Source: Longimicrobiales bacterium (lineage in GTDB: Bacteria > Gemmatimonadota > Gemmatimonadetes > Longimicrobiales > Gaopeijiaceae). From it: 64,000 bases of DNA. The DNA lies in contig OZ220732.1 of the NCBI GenBank assembly GCA_965116905.1, positions 1,472,001 to 1,536,000 of the forward strand, in the 5' to 3' direction. The notes under the pieces are model-generated. The model was not told the DNA's origin. It worked only from the letters and a program-made list of their open reading frames with translations, and made no database searches. Each line of letters opens with the position of its first letter. The stretch's first letter is position 1. This document shows positions 18,396-28,453 of this stretch, one piece after another. The translations under genes were made by a program, and so were the position numbers.

Positions 18396-21300
18396 ATGCA
18401 GCGCTCCACGACGACCACCCTTGTCCTTTCCCTGACCTGCGCCGCCGCAGTGCATTTCGCCGCAACGCATTTGGCGCCCGCGCCCGCTGCCGCCCAGACG
18501 CCCGAGCGCATCGCGGCCGGTCTGACTTGGCGATACATCGGCCCCGCCATCGCCGGCGGCCGCATCAGCGACGTCGAGATCGTCCCCGGCACCCAGTCGC
18601 ACATCTACGTCGGGGCCGCGTCGGGTGGCGTCTGGGAGAGCGTCAACCACGGCACCACATGGACCCCGATCTTCGATGACCAGCCCAATCTGTCCGTTGG
18701 AGACATTGCGCTGGCCCCGTCCGATCCGCTCGAGATGTGGGTCGGCACCGGCGAGGCCAACAACCGCAACAGTTCGCCGTGGGGCCAGGGCGTCTACCAC
18801 TCGTCGGACGGAGGCAAGACGTGGCGGCTCACCGGGCTCGAGGACACGAGGCACGTCGGCCGCATCGTCGTGCATCCCACCGATCCGGATCGCGTCTGGG
18901 TCGCCGCGGTGGGCCATCTCTTCGGTCCGAACGAGGAGCGCGGCGTCTTCCGCACGACCGACCGGGGCGCCACATGGGAGAAGCTCCTTTACGTGGACGA
19001 ACACACCGGCGCGACCGATCTCGCCTTGGATCCGTCCGATCCAGCCATTCTCTACGCGGCGATGTACCAGCGCCAGCGCCGGGCGCACGGATTCATCGGG
19101 GGCGGTCCCGGCAGCGGCATCTACAAGAGCACGGACGGCGGCGATACCTGGCGGGAGTTGACCGAGGGTTTGCCGGAGGACGACATGGGCCGTATCGGCC
19201 TCGCGGTGTCGCGCCGCAATCCGCAGCTGGTCATGGCGGTGGTCGAGGCTGAAGAGGGCGGGATCTTCAAGTCGACCGATCGTGGCGAGTCGTGGACGCG
19301 GGTCAACGAACTGAACCAGCGCCCCATGTACTACAGCCAGCTCAGGATCGATCCCAACGACGACGAGACCGTGTACCTGGTCGCCGGCTCGCTGCACCGG
19401 ACCACCGACGGCGGCGAGACCTTCGCCACGGTTGCGCAGGAGGTCGTGTACAACACCGGCGTGCATGTCGACCACCACGACCTCTGGATCGACCCCGAGA
19501 ACTCGGCGCACATGATCCTCGGCAACGACGGCGGCCTGTATTCGACCTGGGACAACGGCGACAACTGGACCTTCATCGGCAACATCCCGATCCAGCAGTT
19601 CTACGACATCGACCTCGACATGGCCGACCCGTACTTCGTGTACGGGGGCCTGCAGGACAACAACTCCTACCGGGGACCGAGCCGGAACACCCGCTACCAC
19701 GGCATCCTCAACCGTGACTGGCAGGTGATCGACTACGGCGACGGGATGTACGCCGAGACGGACTGGTCCGACCCCGGAACCGTGTACGTTACGTCGCAGA
19801 ACGCGGGGATCGTGCGCGTGGATCTGGCGACGGGTGACCGCAAGGCCCTGAAGCCCTTCCCGCGCGACACCACGGAGACGTACAGCTTCGACTGGAAGTC
19901 CCCGATCCTGGTCTCTCCCCACAACTCGGACCGCGTCTACCTGGGCGGCAACCGCCTCTTCATCTCCGACGACCGGGGCGAGAGCTGGCGCGCGACGGAT
20001 GAGCTGACGAGGGGACTCCACCCCGACAGTCTGCCCATCATGGGAATGATGCCGGACTCGACGACGCTGTCGAAGCACGACGGCGTTTCGGGCTACGGCG
20101 AGATCACGGCCGTGTCCGAGTCACCCGTGACGGCGGGCGTGCTGTGGACCGGGGCGGACGACGGCACCGTGCAGGTCAGCCGCGACGACGGCATGACGTG
20201 GACGGACGTCACGGCCGATGTCCTCGCCGCAGCCGGTGCCCCGCCGTTCGCGTACTACGTGAGCTGGGTGGAGGCGTCGCACCATGAGGCGGAGCGCGCC
20301 TACGTCAGCCTCGATGGGCACTGGGACGACGACTACGCGCCGTATGCGTTTGTGACCGAGGACCTGGGCGCGACGTGGCGGTCGGTCACGGCCGGGCTGG
20401 GTGCCGCCACCGTCAACGTGATCCGCGAGCACCACGCCAACCCGAACGTGGTGATCGTGGGCGCGGAGGACGGGGCCTTCGCGTCGATCGACCGAGGCGC
20501 CACCTGGGGCCCTCTCGGCTCCGGGTTGCCGGCGGTGCCCGTCGACGACATCGAGATCCACCCGCGCGACAACGACGTGGTCGCCGGGACGCACGGCCGC
20601 GGCATCTACGTCCTGGACGACATCGGGTTGATCTCGCCGTACCTGCGGGTCGAAGGCGACAGGGTGACGATGACGATGACGTCGGCGGACGAGCCGATCT
20701 TCACGCCGCCCAGACCCGCGATGATGTTCCTCTACCGCAACGACGTCCCGTCCCAGGGGCAGGGGATGTATCGGGCCGAGAATCCGGCCTACGGCGCGAA
20801 CTTCGACTACTGGCTGCCGGATGCGGTCGAAGGCGGGGTCACCATCGAGGTTCGCGACGCCTCCGGGGCGGTCGTGCGCGCCCTGACCGGGCCCGGGACC
20901 GCAGGGACGAACCGGGTGACCTGGGACCTGCGCCACGAGCCCATCCCGCACGACACGGCCCGCTACGAGGTGCCCAACCTCGATTCCGGCCCCGACGGAC
21001 CGCTCGTGTTGCCGGGCGAGTTCACGGTGGTCCTCACGGTTGGCGATGAGCTTCGCCAGCAGGACCTCACCGTGCGGCCCGACGAGCGCCTGCGCGTGAC
21101 CGCGGAGGAGCGGCTCGCGCGCTACGAGTTCACCATGGAGCTGCACGAGCTGAAGCGGTTCGCCTACGAAGAGGGCGTCGCCGCCTACGACCTGGAGCGC
21201 GAGGCGGAGGACGCGATCGAGGCGCTGGAAGAGGCCGGCGACAGCGACGAGGACGACCTGAAGCGCGCAGAGGAGCTGGCCGCCGAAATCGAGGAGGTTG

Positions 21301-21518
21301 CCGACGAATGGCGTCGCCTGAACAGCGACATCCGGAACTGGTGGACCGGCCTGCTGGGCAAGTTCGACGGCGGGCCGTCGACGATGGGGTCGCTCACCGG
21401 GCCGTCGGACGACCATCGGCGCCGCATGGCGAGGATCTGGGAGGAAGCGCGCGCGGCGGAGGAGCAGCTGGACGGGCTGGATGACGTGATCGAGGAATTG
21501 CGGGGGTTGTCGCCGTGA
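18396..21518 (+). CDS. Second exported BNR/Asp-box (VPS10-like) beta-propeller protein
   Basis: WRYIGPAIAGGRISD, repeated SxDGGxTW, GGLQDN, GTHGRGIYVLDD; paralog of 9924-13262. Confidence 0.92.
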   Translation: MQRSTTTTLVLSLTCAAAVHFAATHLAPAPAAAQTPERIAAGLTWRYIGPAIAGGRISDVEIVPGTQSHIYVGAASGGVWESVNHGTTWTPIFDDQPNLSVGDIALAPSDPLEMWVGTGEANNRNSSPWGQGVYHSSDGGKTWRLTGLEDTRHVGRIVVHPTDPDRVWVAAVGHLFGPNEERGVFRTTDRGATWEKLLYVDEHTGATDLALDPSDPAILYAAMYQRQRRAHGFIGGGPGSGIYKSTDGGDTWRELTEGLPEDDMGRIGLAVSRRNPQLVMAVVEAEEGGIFKSTDRGESWTRVNELNQRPMYYSQLRIDPNDDETVYLVAGSLHRTTDGGETFATVAQEVVYNTGVHVDHHDLWIDPENSAHMILGNDGGLYSTWDNGDNWTFIGNIPIQQFYDIDLDMADPYFVYGGLQDNNSYRGPSRNTRYHGILNRDWQVIDYGDGMYAETDWSDPGTVYVTSQNAGIVRVDLATGDRKALKPFPRDTTETYSFDWKSPILVSPHNSDRVYLGGNRLFISDDRGESWRATDELTRGLHPDSLPIMGMMPDSTTLSKHDGVSGYGEITAVSESPVTAGVLWTGADDGTVQVSRDDGMTWTDVTADVLAAAGAPPFAYYVSWVEASHHEAERAYVSLDGHWDDDYAPYAFVTEDLGATWRSVTAGLGAATVNVIREHHANPNVVIVGAEDGAFASIDRGATWGPLGSGLPAVPVDDIEIHPRDNDVVAGTHGRGIYVLDDIGLISPYLRVEGDRVTMTMTSADEPIFTPPRPAMMFLYRNDVPSQGQGMYRAENPAYGANFDYWLPDAVEGGVTIEVRDASGAVVRALTGPGTAGTNRVTWDLRHEPIPHDTARYEVPNLDSGPDGPLVLPGEFTVVLTVGDELRQQDLTVRPDERLRVTAEERLARYEFTMELHELKRFAYEEGVAAYDLEREAEDAIEALEEAGDSDEDDLKRAEELAAEIEEVADEWRRLNSDIRNWWTGLLGKFDGGPSTMGSLTGPSDDHRRRMARIWEEARAAEEQLDGLDDVIEELRGLSP

Positions 21519-21573
21519 CCTGATTGTTACACGATCGACGGCTTTCCGTGTGCCTGGCGCGTGAAACTCATGT

Positions 21574-22170
21574 ATGAACGGCGCCATTCACAGCGACACG
21601 CTGTCCGGTCCGCGACCCGGCCGGCCCGCCAACGTGATTCCGTTTCTGACCGCACCGCGCCGTCGGCGTGGGTGCGGCCCGGCGGAGATGGCGCGCGTGC
21701 TGCGTCGGTTGCACCGGGCCGGGATCACGCGCGGCTTCGTCCTCGTGGTTCCGAGCGAACCGGCCCGGCAGCCACCGATCAAACTGCCCGAGGGCAGAGA
21801 CCCTGCTCACGAGGCGCGATGGTGGTCGGCGCTCTGTGACCTGATCGCGAAGCAGACCGGACTCAGCGTGGTTCTGGTGGACGCCGCCGATGGCGCCATG
21901 GATGCGCAACGCGTGCTGGACGGCACTCGCTGCCGGAAGAAGATTGCGGTCCTGGAGGACCTCACTCGTGCGGAGCGGTCCGCGCTGCTCGAAATCTCCC
22001 GGGGCGCCTGCACCGGAGACCGGGGCCAGCTGATCGCAGCCGGCGTCCTGGACGCGCCGATATACGCGCCGATCTACGAGCCCTGGGAAATCCGGATGGC
22101 GATCCGCGGCGAAACCGCGAGCGGCCTGTTTGCACGCATGGCCTCGGGGATGCTCGCCGCCAGCGCGTAG
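21574..22170 (+). CDS. Hypothetical protein resembling a stand-alone, degenerate GT9 (heptosyltransferase) C-terminal domain
   Basis: FVLVVPS...RWWSALCDLI...LSVVLV...LEDLTRAERSALLEISRGACTGDRGQLIAAGVLDAP follows the GT9 C-lobe pattern by eye. Confidence 0.5.
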   Translation: MNGAIHSDTLSGPRPGRPANVIPFLTAPRRRRGCGPAEMARVLRRLHRAGITRGFVLVVPSEPARQPPIKLPEGRDPAHEARWWSALCDLIAKQTGLSVVLVDAADGAMDAQRVLDGTRCRKKIAVLEDLTRAERSALLEISRGACTGDRGQLIAAGVLDAPIYAPIYEPWEIRMAIRGETASGLFARMASGMLAASA

Positions 22171-22191
22171 CCAGCGCCTGGCCAGCTCACG

Positions 22192-22761
22192 TCACCTGCC
22201 CCGCGCAATACACTCGATCTCCACCCTCGCGCCGAGCGCCAGGCCGCTTCCGGCCATCGCCGAGCGCGCCGGTGGTTCGATCCCCTCGAAGTAGGTGACA
22301 TAGGCCTCGTTCATCTCCGCGTAGTCGGCCATGTCGGCGAGGAACACGGTGCACTTCACGAGGTCCGCGAAGCCGAGTCCCGCCGCTTCAAGGATGCGGC
22401 CGATGTTGTCCATGGTTGCGCGCGTTTCGGCGCCGACGCCGCCCTCCACGAGGCGCAGTTCGCCGCTGGGCGGAGTGCCGATCGCGCCGGAGAGGAAGAC
22501 GAGGTCGCCGACGCGCACCGCGGGCGTGAACACCGGCAGCCGTGCGACGCCCTCGGGGACGATGTGCTCGATGGGGGTGGGTTCGGGCATAGCGCTGCCT
22601 TCCTGCTGTGCGCCCTCGCCGGGCGCGGGAGGTGACTCGCAGGCCAGGATCGTGGCGAGCGTGGCCAGGGCGGGCATCATGCAGGCGCGCCTGGGTGGGG
22701 TCGCCGCCGGTCTGCCGCCGGGGCGAAGCCATGGCGCAAACGGCCGCTCTCTACCGCTCAT
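22192..22761 (-). CDS. RidA/YjgF family protein with N-terminal lipoprotein signal
   Basis: FTPAVRVGDLVFLSG, VKCTVFLADM..Y..MN..Y, PPARSA, VEIE; ATILAC lipobox. Alternative start at 22680. Confidence 0.88.
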   Translation of the reverse strand: MSGRERPFAPWLRPGGRPAATPPRRACMMPALATLATILACESPPAPGEGAQQEGSAMPEPTPIEHIVPEGVARLPVFTPAVRVGDLVFLSGAIGTPPSGELRLVEGGVGAETRATMDNIGRILEAAGLGFADLVKCTVFLADMADYAEMNEAYVTYFEGIEPPARSAMAGSGLALGARVEIECIARGR

Positions 22762-24484
22762 ACCGAACCACTCCTCCCACGATGGTCATGTCGACGTGCG
22801 CGTCGGCCAGGTCCTCGTCGGACACGGTCAGGATGTTGCGGTCGATGACGGCCACGTCGCCCAGCTTGCCGACCTCGAGCGAGCCCTTGTACTGCTCTTC
22901 GAAGGCGGCGTACGCGTTGTTGATCGTGTAGCTGCGGAGCGCCTCGGTGCGGGTCATGTTCTGCTCGGGGTAGTAGATCGACCCGTCGGCGGTCTGGCGG
23001 GTGACCGAGGCGCGGAAGCTGGCGAGGGGGTCGATGTCCTCGACGGGGACGTCGGTGCCGTTGTTGATGGGCACGCCGGCGTCGAGGAAAGAGCGCCACA
23101 GGTAGGTTCGCTGCTCCGCGCGGGTGTCGCCGAGACGGAGGGGCACCCAGGGGAAGTCCGAGGTGGCGTGCACCCCCTGCATGGAGGCGAGGACGCCGAT
23201 CTCCGCGAAGCGCGCGATGTCGTCGGGATGGACGTGCTGCGCGTGCTCGATCCGCCAGCGCAGATCGTCGCCGGCGCCGGCCGAGTCGAAGACGGCCTCG
23301 TAGATGTCGAGCACCTCGCGGTTGGCGCGGTCGCCGATCGCGTGCGTGTTGACCTGGAAGCCGTGTTTGACGGCGACGTGGGCCGTGCCGGTGATGTCCT
23401 CGACGGTTTCGAGGACCAGGCCTTCGGTCGAGGGCATGTCCTCGTACGGTTCGAGGAGCCAGGCGCCGTGGGAACCGAGCGCGCCGTCGATCTGGCGCTT
23501 GATGGAGCGCACGGTGAGGTAGTCGTCGCCCTCGGACGGCATGTAGTAGTCGGCGAGACGCGCGTCCATCTCCTCGTTGGATTGGCGGCGGACCATGATA
23601 TAGAGACGGACGGGGAGCGAGCCCTCGGCCTCCATCTGCTTGAGGCGGTCGATGGTGTCGAAGCCGGTGCCTGCATCCTGGAAGGAGGTCACGCCCTTGG
23701 AGAGCGCTTCCTCGGCAGCCAGCATCACCTCGCGCCGGAACCGGGCCTCGATCTCTTCCGCCGTGCGGCCCAGCTGCGAATCGGAAAAGGCCGCGGATAC
23801 CGGTCCCTGGGCGGTCTCGCGCAGGAGGCCGGTCAGTTCGCCGTTCTCGTCGCGGACCAACTCGCCCCCCGGCGGCGGTTCGGAGTCGCGGTCGTAGCCC
23901 CCGAGTTCCAGCGCCAGCGCGTTGGCGAAGCCCGCGTGCCCGGACGCATGCCCCAGCAACACCGGGTTCTCGGGGCTGACCGCCGTAAGCGACGCGTGGG
24001 TAGGGTTGCCCTCGACGACGGGATCCGGCGGCCGGTCCCATTTCTCCTGATGCCACCCGCGGCCGCGGATCCACTCTCCGGGCTCGGCGTCCGCAACCGC
24101 GTCGGCGACCATCTGCACGATCTCGTCCCAGTTGGCGACGTCATTGAGGTCGAGGATCGTCTTGCTGTTGCCGAGGCTCATGTAGTGGCCGTGTCCCTCG
24201 ATGAAGCCAGGCATGGCGAAACGGCCGTCCAGCTCGATCACCTCGGTGTCGGCGCTGATGTAGCCCTCCACGTCCGCGTCGCTGCCCACCGCGACGATCC
24301 AGCCGTCGTCGATCGCGACCGCTTCGGCCATTGTGTTGCCCGCGTCGACCGTGGCCACAATGCCGCCACGCAGCACGAGGTCGGCCGGGGCAGGCGCGTC
24401 GCCGGGGGTGGGCGCGTCGGTGCAGCCGGCGAGGAGGATGCCCGCAGTGAGAGCGGAGGCGACCACCGCAGAGCGCGCAGGCAC
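22751..24484 (-). CDS. Amidohydrolase family 3 (YtcJ-like) lipoprotein
   Basis: PGFIEGHGH, DGALGSHGA, HAIGD, EHAQH, GTDVP, GSLEVGKLGD; LLAGC lipobox. GTG start at 24484 preferred; ATG 24523 is possible. Confidence 0.92.
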   Translation of the reverse strand: MPARSAVVASALTAGILLAGCTDAPTPGDAPAPADLVLRGGIVATVDAGNTMAEAVAIDDGWIVAVGSDADVEGYISADTEVIELDGRFAMPGFIEGHGHYMSLGNSKTILDLNDVANWDEIVQMVADAVADAEPGEWIRGRGWHQEKWDRPPDPVVEGNPTHASLTAVSPENPVLLGHASGHAGFANALALELGGYDRDSEPPPGGELVRDENGELTGLLRETAQGPVSAAFSDSQLGRTAEEIEARFRREVMLAAEEALSKGVTSFQDAGTGFDTIDRLKQMEAEGSLPVRLYIMVRRQSNEEMDARLADYYMPSEGDDYLTVRSIKRQIDGALGSHGAWLLEPYEDMPSTEGLVLETVEDITGTAHVAVKHGFQVNTHAIGDRANREVLDIYEAVFDSAGAGDDLRWRIEHAQHVHPDDIARFAEIGVLASMQGVHATSDFPWVPLRLGDTRAEQRTYLWRSFLDAGVPINNGTDVPVEDIDPLASFRASVTRQTADGSIYYPEQNMTRTEALRSYTINNAYAAFEEQYKGSLEVGKLGDVAVIDRNILTVSDEDLADAHVDMTIVGGVVRYER

Positions 24485-24503
24485 CGCGGCCGAGTATCCA
24501 CGA

Positions 24504-24537
24504 ATGTATACGTTAGTTGACATAATGTAATGTTTAC
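24504..24537. promoter_or_regulatory. AT-rich patch with three alternating half-sites upstream of the amidohydrolase
   Basis: ATGTATAC (24504) / GTTGACAT (24516) / ATGTTTAC (24530). Confidence 0.5.
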
Positions 24538-24556
24538 TTTCCAGTCTTGCGAGCGC

Positions 24557-25732
24557 CTAGCTCTGCTGCGAGGCGTGCCAATCCGCCAGCACCTCGGCCT
24601 CCCGCTCGGGGCTAAGCCTGTTCAACACCTCAGCCTGCCGCTCGGCCGTGCGCGAGAAGTGAAACTCCAGCGTTGCCGCGGTCGTGTCGGCGAGAGACCT
24701 GAAGGTGAGCCCCTTCTCCACTTCCGGAGTGAGGTCGAAACGCGCGAAGCCCTCGGCGCCATCCCGTGCCGGACGCCACACCGGCATCTCGCCGTAGGGG
24801 CGGAGCCCGGCGTCGATCACGAAGTCGGTGTCCACCCAGGTGAAGGTGGTCTCGGCCGTGGTCACGGCCCGGATCCCGTACAGCAACTCGGCCATCGGGC
24901 GCGGTGTCCGTGGACCGACCACGTTGTACGTGCCGGACTCGCCCGCTTCGGCCATGCGCACCAGCCAGTCGCCGAAGTCGCGCACATCGATGATCTGCAC
25001 GGGATCGGTGCCGTCGCCGGGCGCAAGTACCTCGCCGCCCCGATGAATCCGGACCGGCCAGTACGTGAAGCGGTCGGTCGGGTCGCCGGGGCCGATGATC
25101 AGGCCGGGCCGGAAGACGATCGTGCGGTCCTCGCCGAAGGCGTCCCGGGCGATCTGCTCGGAGAGCGCCTTGCCGAGTCCGTAGGGCAGCCGCTCCGCGC
25201 CCGGCTCCACTCCGGCCAGCTCGTGGGTCCACACGGGCGCGTCGGTCGTCATGGGGATTCGGCTCGTGTCGGCGTACACCGACCGCGTGGACACGAAGAT
25301 GTACCGCTCGCAGGTGTCCTTCAGCAGGTTGGCGCTCAGTTCGACCCAGTGCGGGGCGTTGGTCGCCGAGTTGTCCACGACCACGTCCCAGCTCCGCCCT
25401 TCCAGCGCCGTAAGGTCGCTTTCACGGTCGCCGACGAGCTTCTCCACCTCGGGAAACAGGTGCGCGTTGGTACGGCCCCGGTTGAAGAGCGTGACCTCGT
25501 GACCGCGGGAGAGCGCGTACTCGACCTGGTGGGGGCCGATGAAACCGGTCCCGCCGAGGATCAGGATCCTGAGCGGGTTCGAGGCCCGGGACTGGCCGGC
25601 GTCATCGGACCCCGCCGCGGGTCCATCGCCGTCAACCGCGCAGCCCGTGAGTGCGAACGAACCCATCCCTGCGGCGACCGCGCCCCCCGCCGCTGCCGTA
25701 GTCTTCAGAAAGTCACGCCGATTCGTCCTCAT
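24557..25732 (-). CDS. Tat-exported NAD-dependent epimerase/dehydratase (atypical SDR)
   Basis: MRTNRRDFLK twin-arginine signal, LTGC; ILILGGTGFIG, YGLGK, RPGLIIGP.DPTDRFTYWP. Confidence 0.92.
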   Translation of the reverse strand: MRTNRRDFLKTTAAAGGAVAAGMGSFALTGCAVDGDGPAAGSDDAGQSRASNPLRILILGGTGFIGPHQVEYALSRGHEVTLFNRGRTNAHLFPEVEKLVGDRESDLTALEGRSWDVVVDNSATNAPHWVELSANLLKDTCERYIFVSTRSVYADTSRIPMTTDAPVWTHELAGVEPGAERLPYGLGKALSEQIARDAFGEDRTIVFRPGLIIGPGDPTDRFTYWPVRIHRGGEVLAPGDGTDPVQIIDVRDFGDWLVRMAEAGESGTYNVVGPRTPRPMAELLYGIRAVTTAETTFTWVDTDFVIDAGLRPYGEMPVWRPARDGAEGFARFDLTPEVEKGLTFRSLADTTAATLEFHFSRTAERQAEVLNRLSPEREAEVLADWHASQQS

Positions 25733-25785
25733 TCTCGCCTTCCTTCGTGTAGAGTGTCGCGGCCCGCGTGCGGCTACAGGTCCCG

Positions 25786-26595
25786 TTACAGATCCCGCCT
25801 GCGCATGTTTACGTAGGCCAGCCCCAGGAAGATTACCACGTACGCCATCGCCGCGACCAGCGGGATCCACAGATCCGGGTACGCCATCAGGTCCTGGCCG
25901 CGTTCCGCCCGCGCGGCGTTCGTGCGCGCCAGCACCTCGGGGTAGTACAGAGCTGTGTCGGTGATCGTCTGGTACAACTGGCCGGGCAGGAACTCGAACA
26001 CGGGCTCGAGCGCGTTCCACCGCAGCGAGAGCAGCGCCGTGACGATCTGCTCGCAGATGAAGTAGAGGAAGAGCAGACCGAGCCCGGCGCCCGCCGCCCG
26101 GATCAGCGCCGAGATCATCAGCGCAGCCGTTCCCCACAGCGACAGCGCGGCAACGAACCCCAGCATGTAGTTGAAGTCCATGGGCTCGATGAAGGCGCCG
26201 CCGCCCGAACCCGGAGTCCGGGCCACTTGCAGGATGCCGATCACCGTCGGGATCGCGATGAAGACGGCGATCATCGGCACCAGCAACAGGACCTTCCCCC
26301 AGTAGAACTGCTCCTTGCCGAGCCCGTCGATGACGTTCTGCCGGGCGGTTCGCCACCGAAACTCCGGGGCGAAGAGCAGGATCATCAGCGCGGCCAGGAA
26401 CACCGGCCCCAGGTTGATCGCGGGCTCGATGATGCCGCTCCAGGCGTCGGGGAACGAAACCTCCGAGGACGAGCCGCCCGACGACACGATCGCGATCGCA
26501 TTGAACGCGGTGAACACGCCCAGGGTCACCCAGCACGCGGGGCGCTTGACCGCCTTGAGCGTCTCGATCCGCCACAGAACGCGCGGCAGCCTCAT
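25786..26595 (-). CDS. ABC-2 type transporter permease
   Basis: About six TM helices, EFRWRTARQNVIDG motif; overlaps the ATPase stop (ATGA). Confidence 0.88.
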   Translation of the reverse strand: MRLPRVLWRIETLKAVKRPACWVTLGVFTAFNAIAIVSSGGSSSEVSFPDAWSGIIEPAINLGPVFLAALMILLFAPEFRWRTARQNVIDGLGKEQFYWGKVLLLVPMIAVFIAIPTVIGILQVARTPGSGGGAFIEPMDFNYMLGFVAALSLWGTAALMISALIRAAGAGLGLLFLYFICEQIVTALLSLRWNALEPVFEFLPGQLYQTITDTALYYPEVLARTNAARAERGQDLMAYPDLWIPLVAAMAYVVIFLGLAYVNMRRRDL

Positions 26596-27539
26596 GAGGC
26601 GAACTCCGTCAGCGACGCCGCGCCCACCCCTTCGCCCTCGCCTTCGTCCTCGCCGGTCAGGTCCATGAAGGCGTCCTCCAGGCTCCGGTGCCGGCGCGCG
26701 AGGTGCGAGACGTAGATCCCCTGGCCCGCGAGGTACCGGTTGAGGGCCGCGAGGTCGTCCGACGCCAGCGCGACGACCAGCCCGTCGTCGGACGCGCGCA
26801 CGGACGTTGCCTCTGGAAAGGCCTCCAGGGCCGCGCGCAACGCCTCGTCATCTTCCGCCCGCACGACCGCGGTGATCTCGCCGCCGACGATCTCGGCCAC
26901 CGTCCCCGTGCCCACGACCCGACCCTTCCTCACAATCGAAACGTGGGTGCAGGTGCGCTCCACCTCCCACAGGAGATGGCTCGACAGGAAGATCGTCTTT
27001 CCGCGGTCCGCCAGCAGCCGGATGATGTCGCGGACCTCCTTCATGCCCTTCGGATCCAGCCCGTTGGCCGGCTCGTCGAGCACGATCAGCTCGGGGTCGT
27101 TCAGCATTGTGGCCGCCAGCGCAAGCCGCTGCTTCATCCCCAGCGAATAGGTCCGAAAGCGATGCTTCCCGCGCCCGCGCAGCCCCACGATATCCAGACA
27201 TTCCTCGATCCGCGCCTTGCCGATTCCCTTGATCGCCGCAGCGATCCGCAGATTGTCCCGGCCGCTGAGGTAGGGATAGAAGTTCGGCGTCTCCAGCGTG
27301 GCCCCGACCCTCGCGCGGGCGGTCAGGAGGTCCCGCGGGGCGCCTGCGCCGAAGAGTCGAAAACTCCCCGCCGTGGGCTTGATGATGCCCATCAGCATCC
27401 CGATCGTCGTGGTCTTGCCGCTGCCGTTCGGGCCCAGGAAGCCGAAGACCTGGCCCTGCTCGACCGTGAGCGAGACGCGGTCGACGGCCAGGACCGCGGG
27501 GAAGCGCTTGGTGAGCCCGGTGGTTTCGATTACGGTCAC
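26592..27539 (-). CDS. ABC transporter ATP-binding protein (BcrA/DrrA-like)
   Basis: GPNGSGKTT, YSLGMKQR, LDEPANGLD, SSH. Confidence 0.95.
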   Translation of the reverse strand: MTVIETTGLTKRFPAVLAVDRVSLTVEQGQVFGFLGPNGSGKTTTIGMLMGIIKPTAGSFRLFGAGAPRDLLTARARVGATLETPNFYPYLSGRDNLRIAAAIKGIGKARIEECLDIVGLRGRGKHRFRTYSLGMKQRLALAATMLNDPELIVLDEPANGLDPKGMKEVRDIIRLLADRGKTIFLSSHLLWEVERTCTHVSIVRKGRVVGTGTVAEIVGGEITAVVRAEDDEALRAALEAFPEATSVRASDDGLVVALASDDLAALNRYLAGQGIYVSHLARRHRSLEDAFMDLTGEDEGEGEGVGAASLTEFAS

Positions 27540-27559
27540 GTCAGGCGATCACCCGCATG

Positions 27560-28453
27560 TCAGGGCGTAACCGTGACGCGCACGTAGGCGTTCGTCCAGC
27601 AGCACTGGTCGCCGCCGGTGCTGTCGTTCGCATCCCAGTTGTCGATGCGCGCGCGCAGCACGTACTCGCCGGGCTCGCTGAACACGACGCTCGCCGTGGC
27701 CTCGCCGGTGCCGCCTTCGACCGTCACCCGCCTGGGATCGACCGTGATCTGCCCGGCGGGCCCCTGATGCTTGAACCAGCTCAGCCCGACGTCGACGACC
27801 TCGTTCACCATGTCGTCGGGTGCGCGGACGGATACCTCCTCGGTCCAGAGCGTCAGCGTGAGCGGCTCGCCCACCGTGGCCGTGAGCGGCTCCCCCCACA
27901 CGCCCTGGATGTGCTGGCCCGCCGGCCCGTCGGCGGTGAAGCGCACGACCGGCGGCACCGATCCCATGGCCCGCGGCCCGTAATCCAGCTGCAGCGCCGG
28001 GATGCCGACGCGCCCCGGGGTCGCGTTCGTCCAGCCATTCGCCGTGATCGTCCACACCACCGCCTGCTCCCCGTCCTCGTACGAAGCCGGGACTGTGACG
28101 TGGAAGACGCCCCGGTCCCGTCGCGGACGCACCGGAAAGTGGGTGGGCTGCATGCCGTCGAACTCGGCCGGCTCGATGAAGTTGTCGGGACCGATCGGGA
28201 TGTCGAGGACCTGCTCGCTGTTCAGGTTGAAGAACCCGAACGAGAGCGTGAAGGTGCCGTCGTCGTTGCGGTACCAGCCCTCGAAGAAGGGGGCCACCTC
28301 GTCCCCTTTGGTCAGGATCGGGGCGAGCGGCAGCCGCTGTCGCTCCTGGGCGTGCAGGGACACGCCCGCCGCCGCGTACACAGCGAGCAGGAGGAGCGTC
28401 CCCGGCAGGATCCTCGCCGCGGCGACGGTCCGCGCCACAAATGGGCTGCGCAT
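27560..28453 (-). CDS. Exported hypothetical protein, partner of the heme-copper monooxygenase-like protein (copy 1)
   Basis: Signal peptide LHA-Q; VAPFFEGWYRNDDGTFTLSFGFFNLN, QPTHF, FSEPGEYVLRA, C-terminal QCCWTN; paralog of 53599-54712; start overlaps the upstream stop. Confidence 0.85.
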   Translation of the reverse strand: MRSPFVARTVAAARILPGTLLLLAVYAAAGVSLHAQERQRLPLAPILTKGDEVAPFFEGWYRNDDGTFTLSFGFFNLNSEQVLDIPIGPDNFIEPAEFDGMQPTHFPVRPRRDRGVFHVTVPASYEDGEQAVVWTITANGWTNATPGRVGIPALQLDYGPRAMGSVPPVVRFTADGPAGQHIQGVWGEPLTATVGEPLTLTLWTEEVSVRAPDDMVNEVVDVGLSWFKHQGPAGQITVDPRRVTVEGGTGEATASVVFSEPGEYVLRARIDNWDANDSTGGDQCCWTNAYVRVTVTP

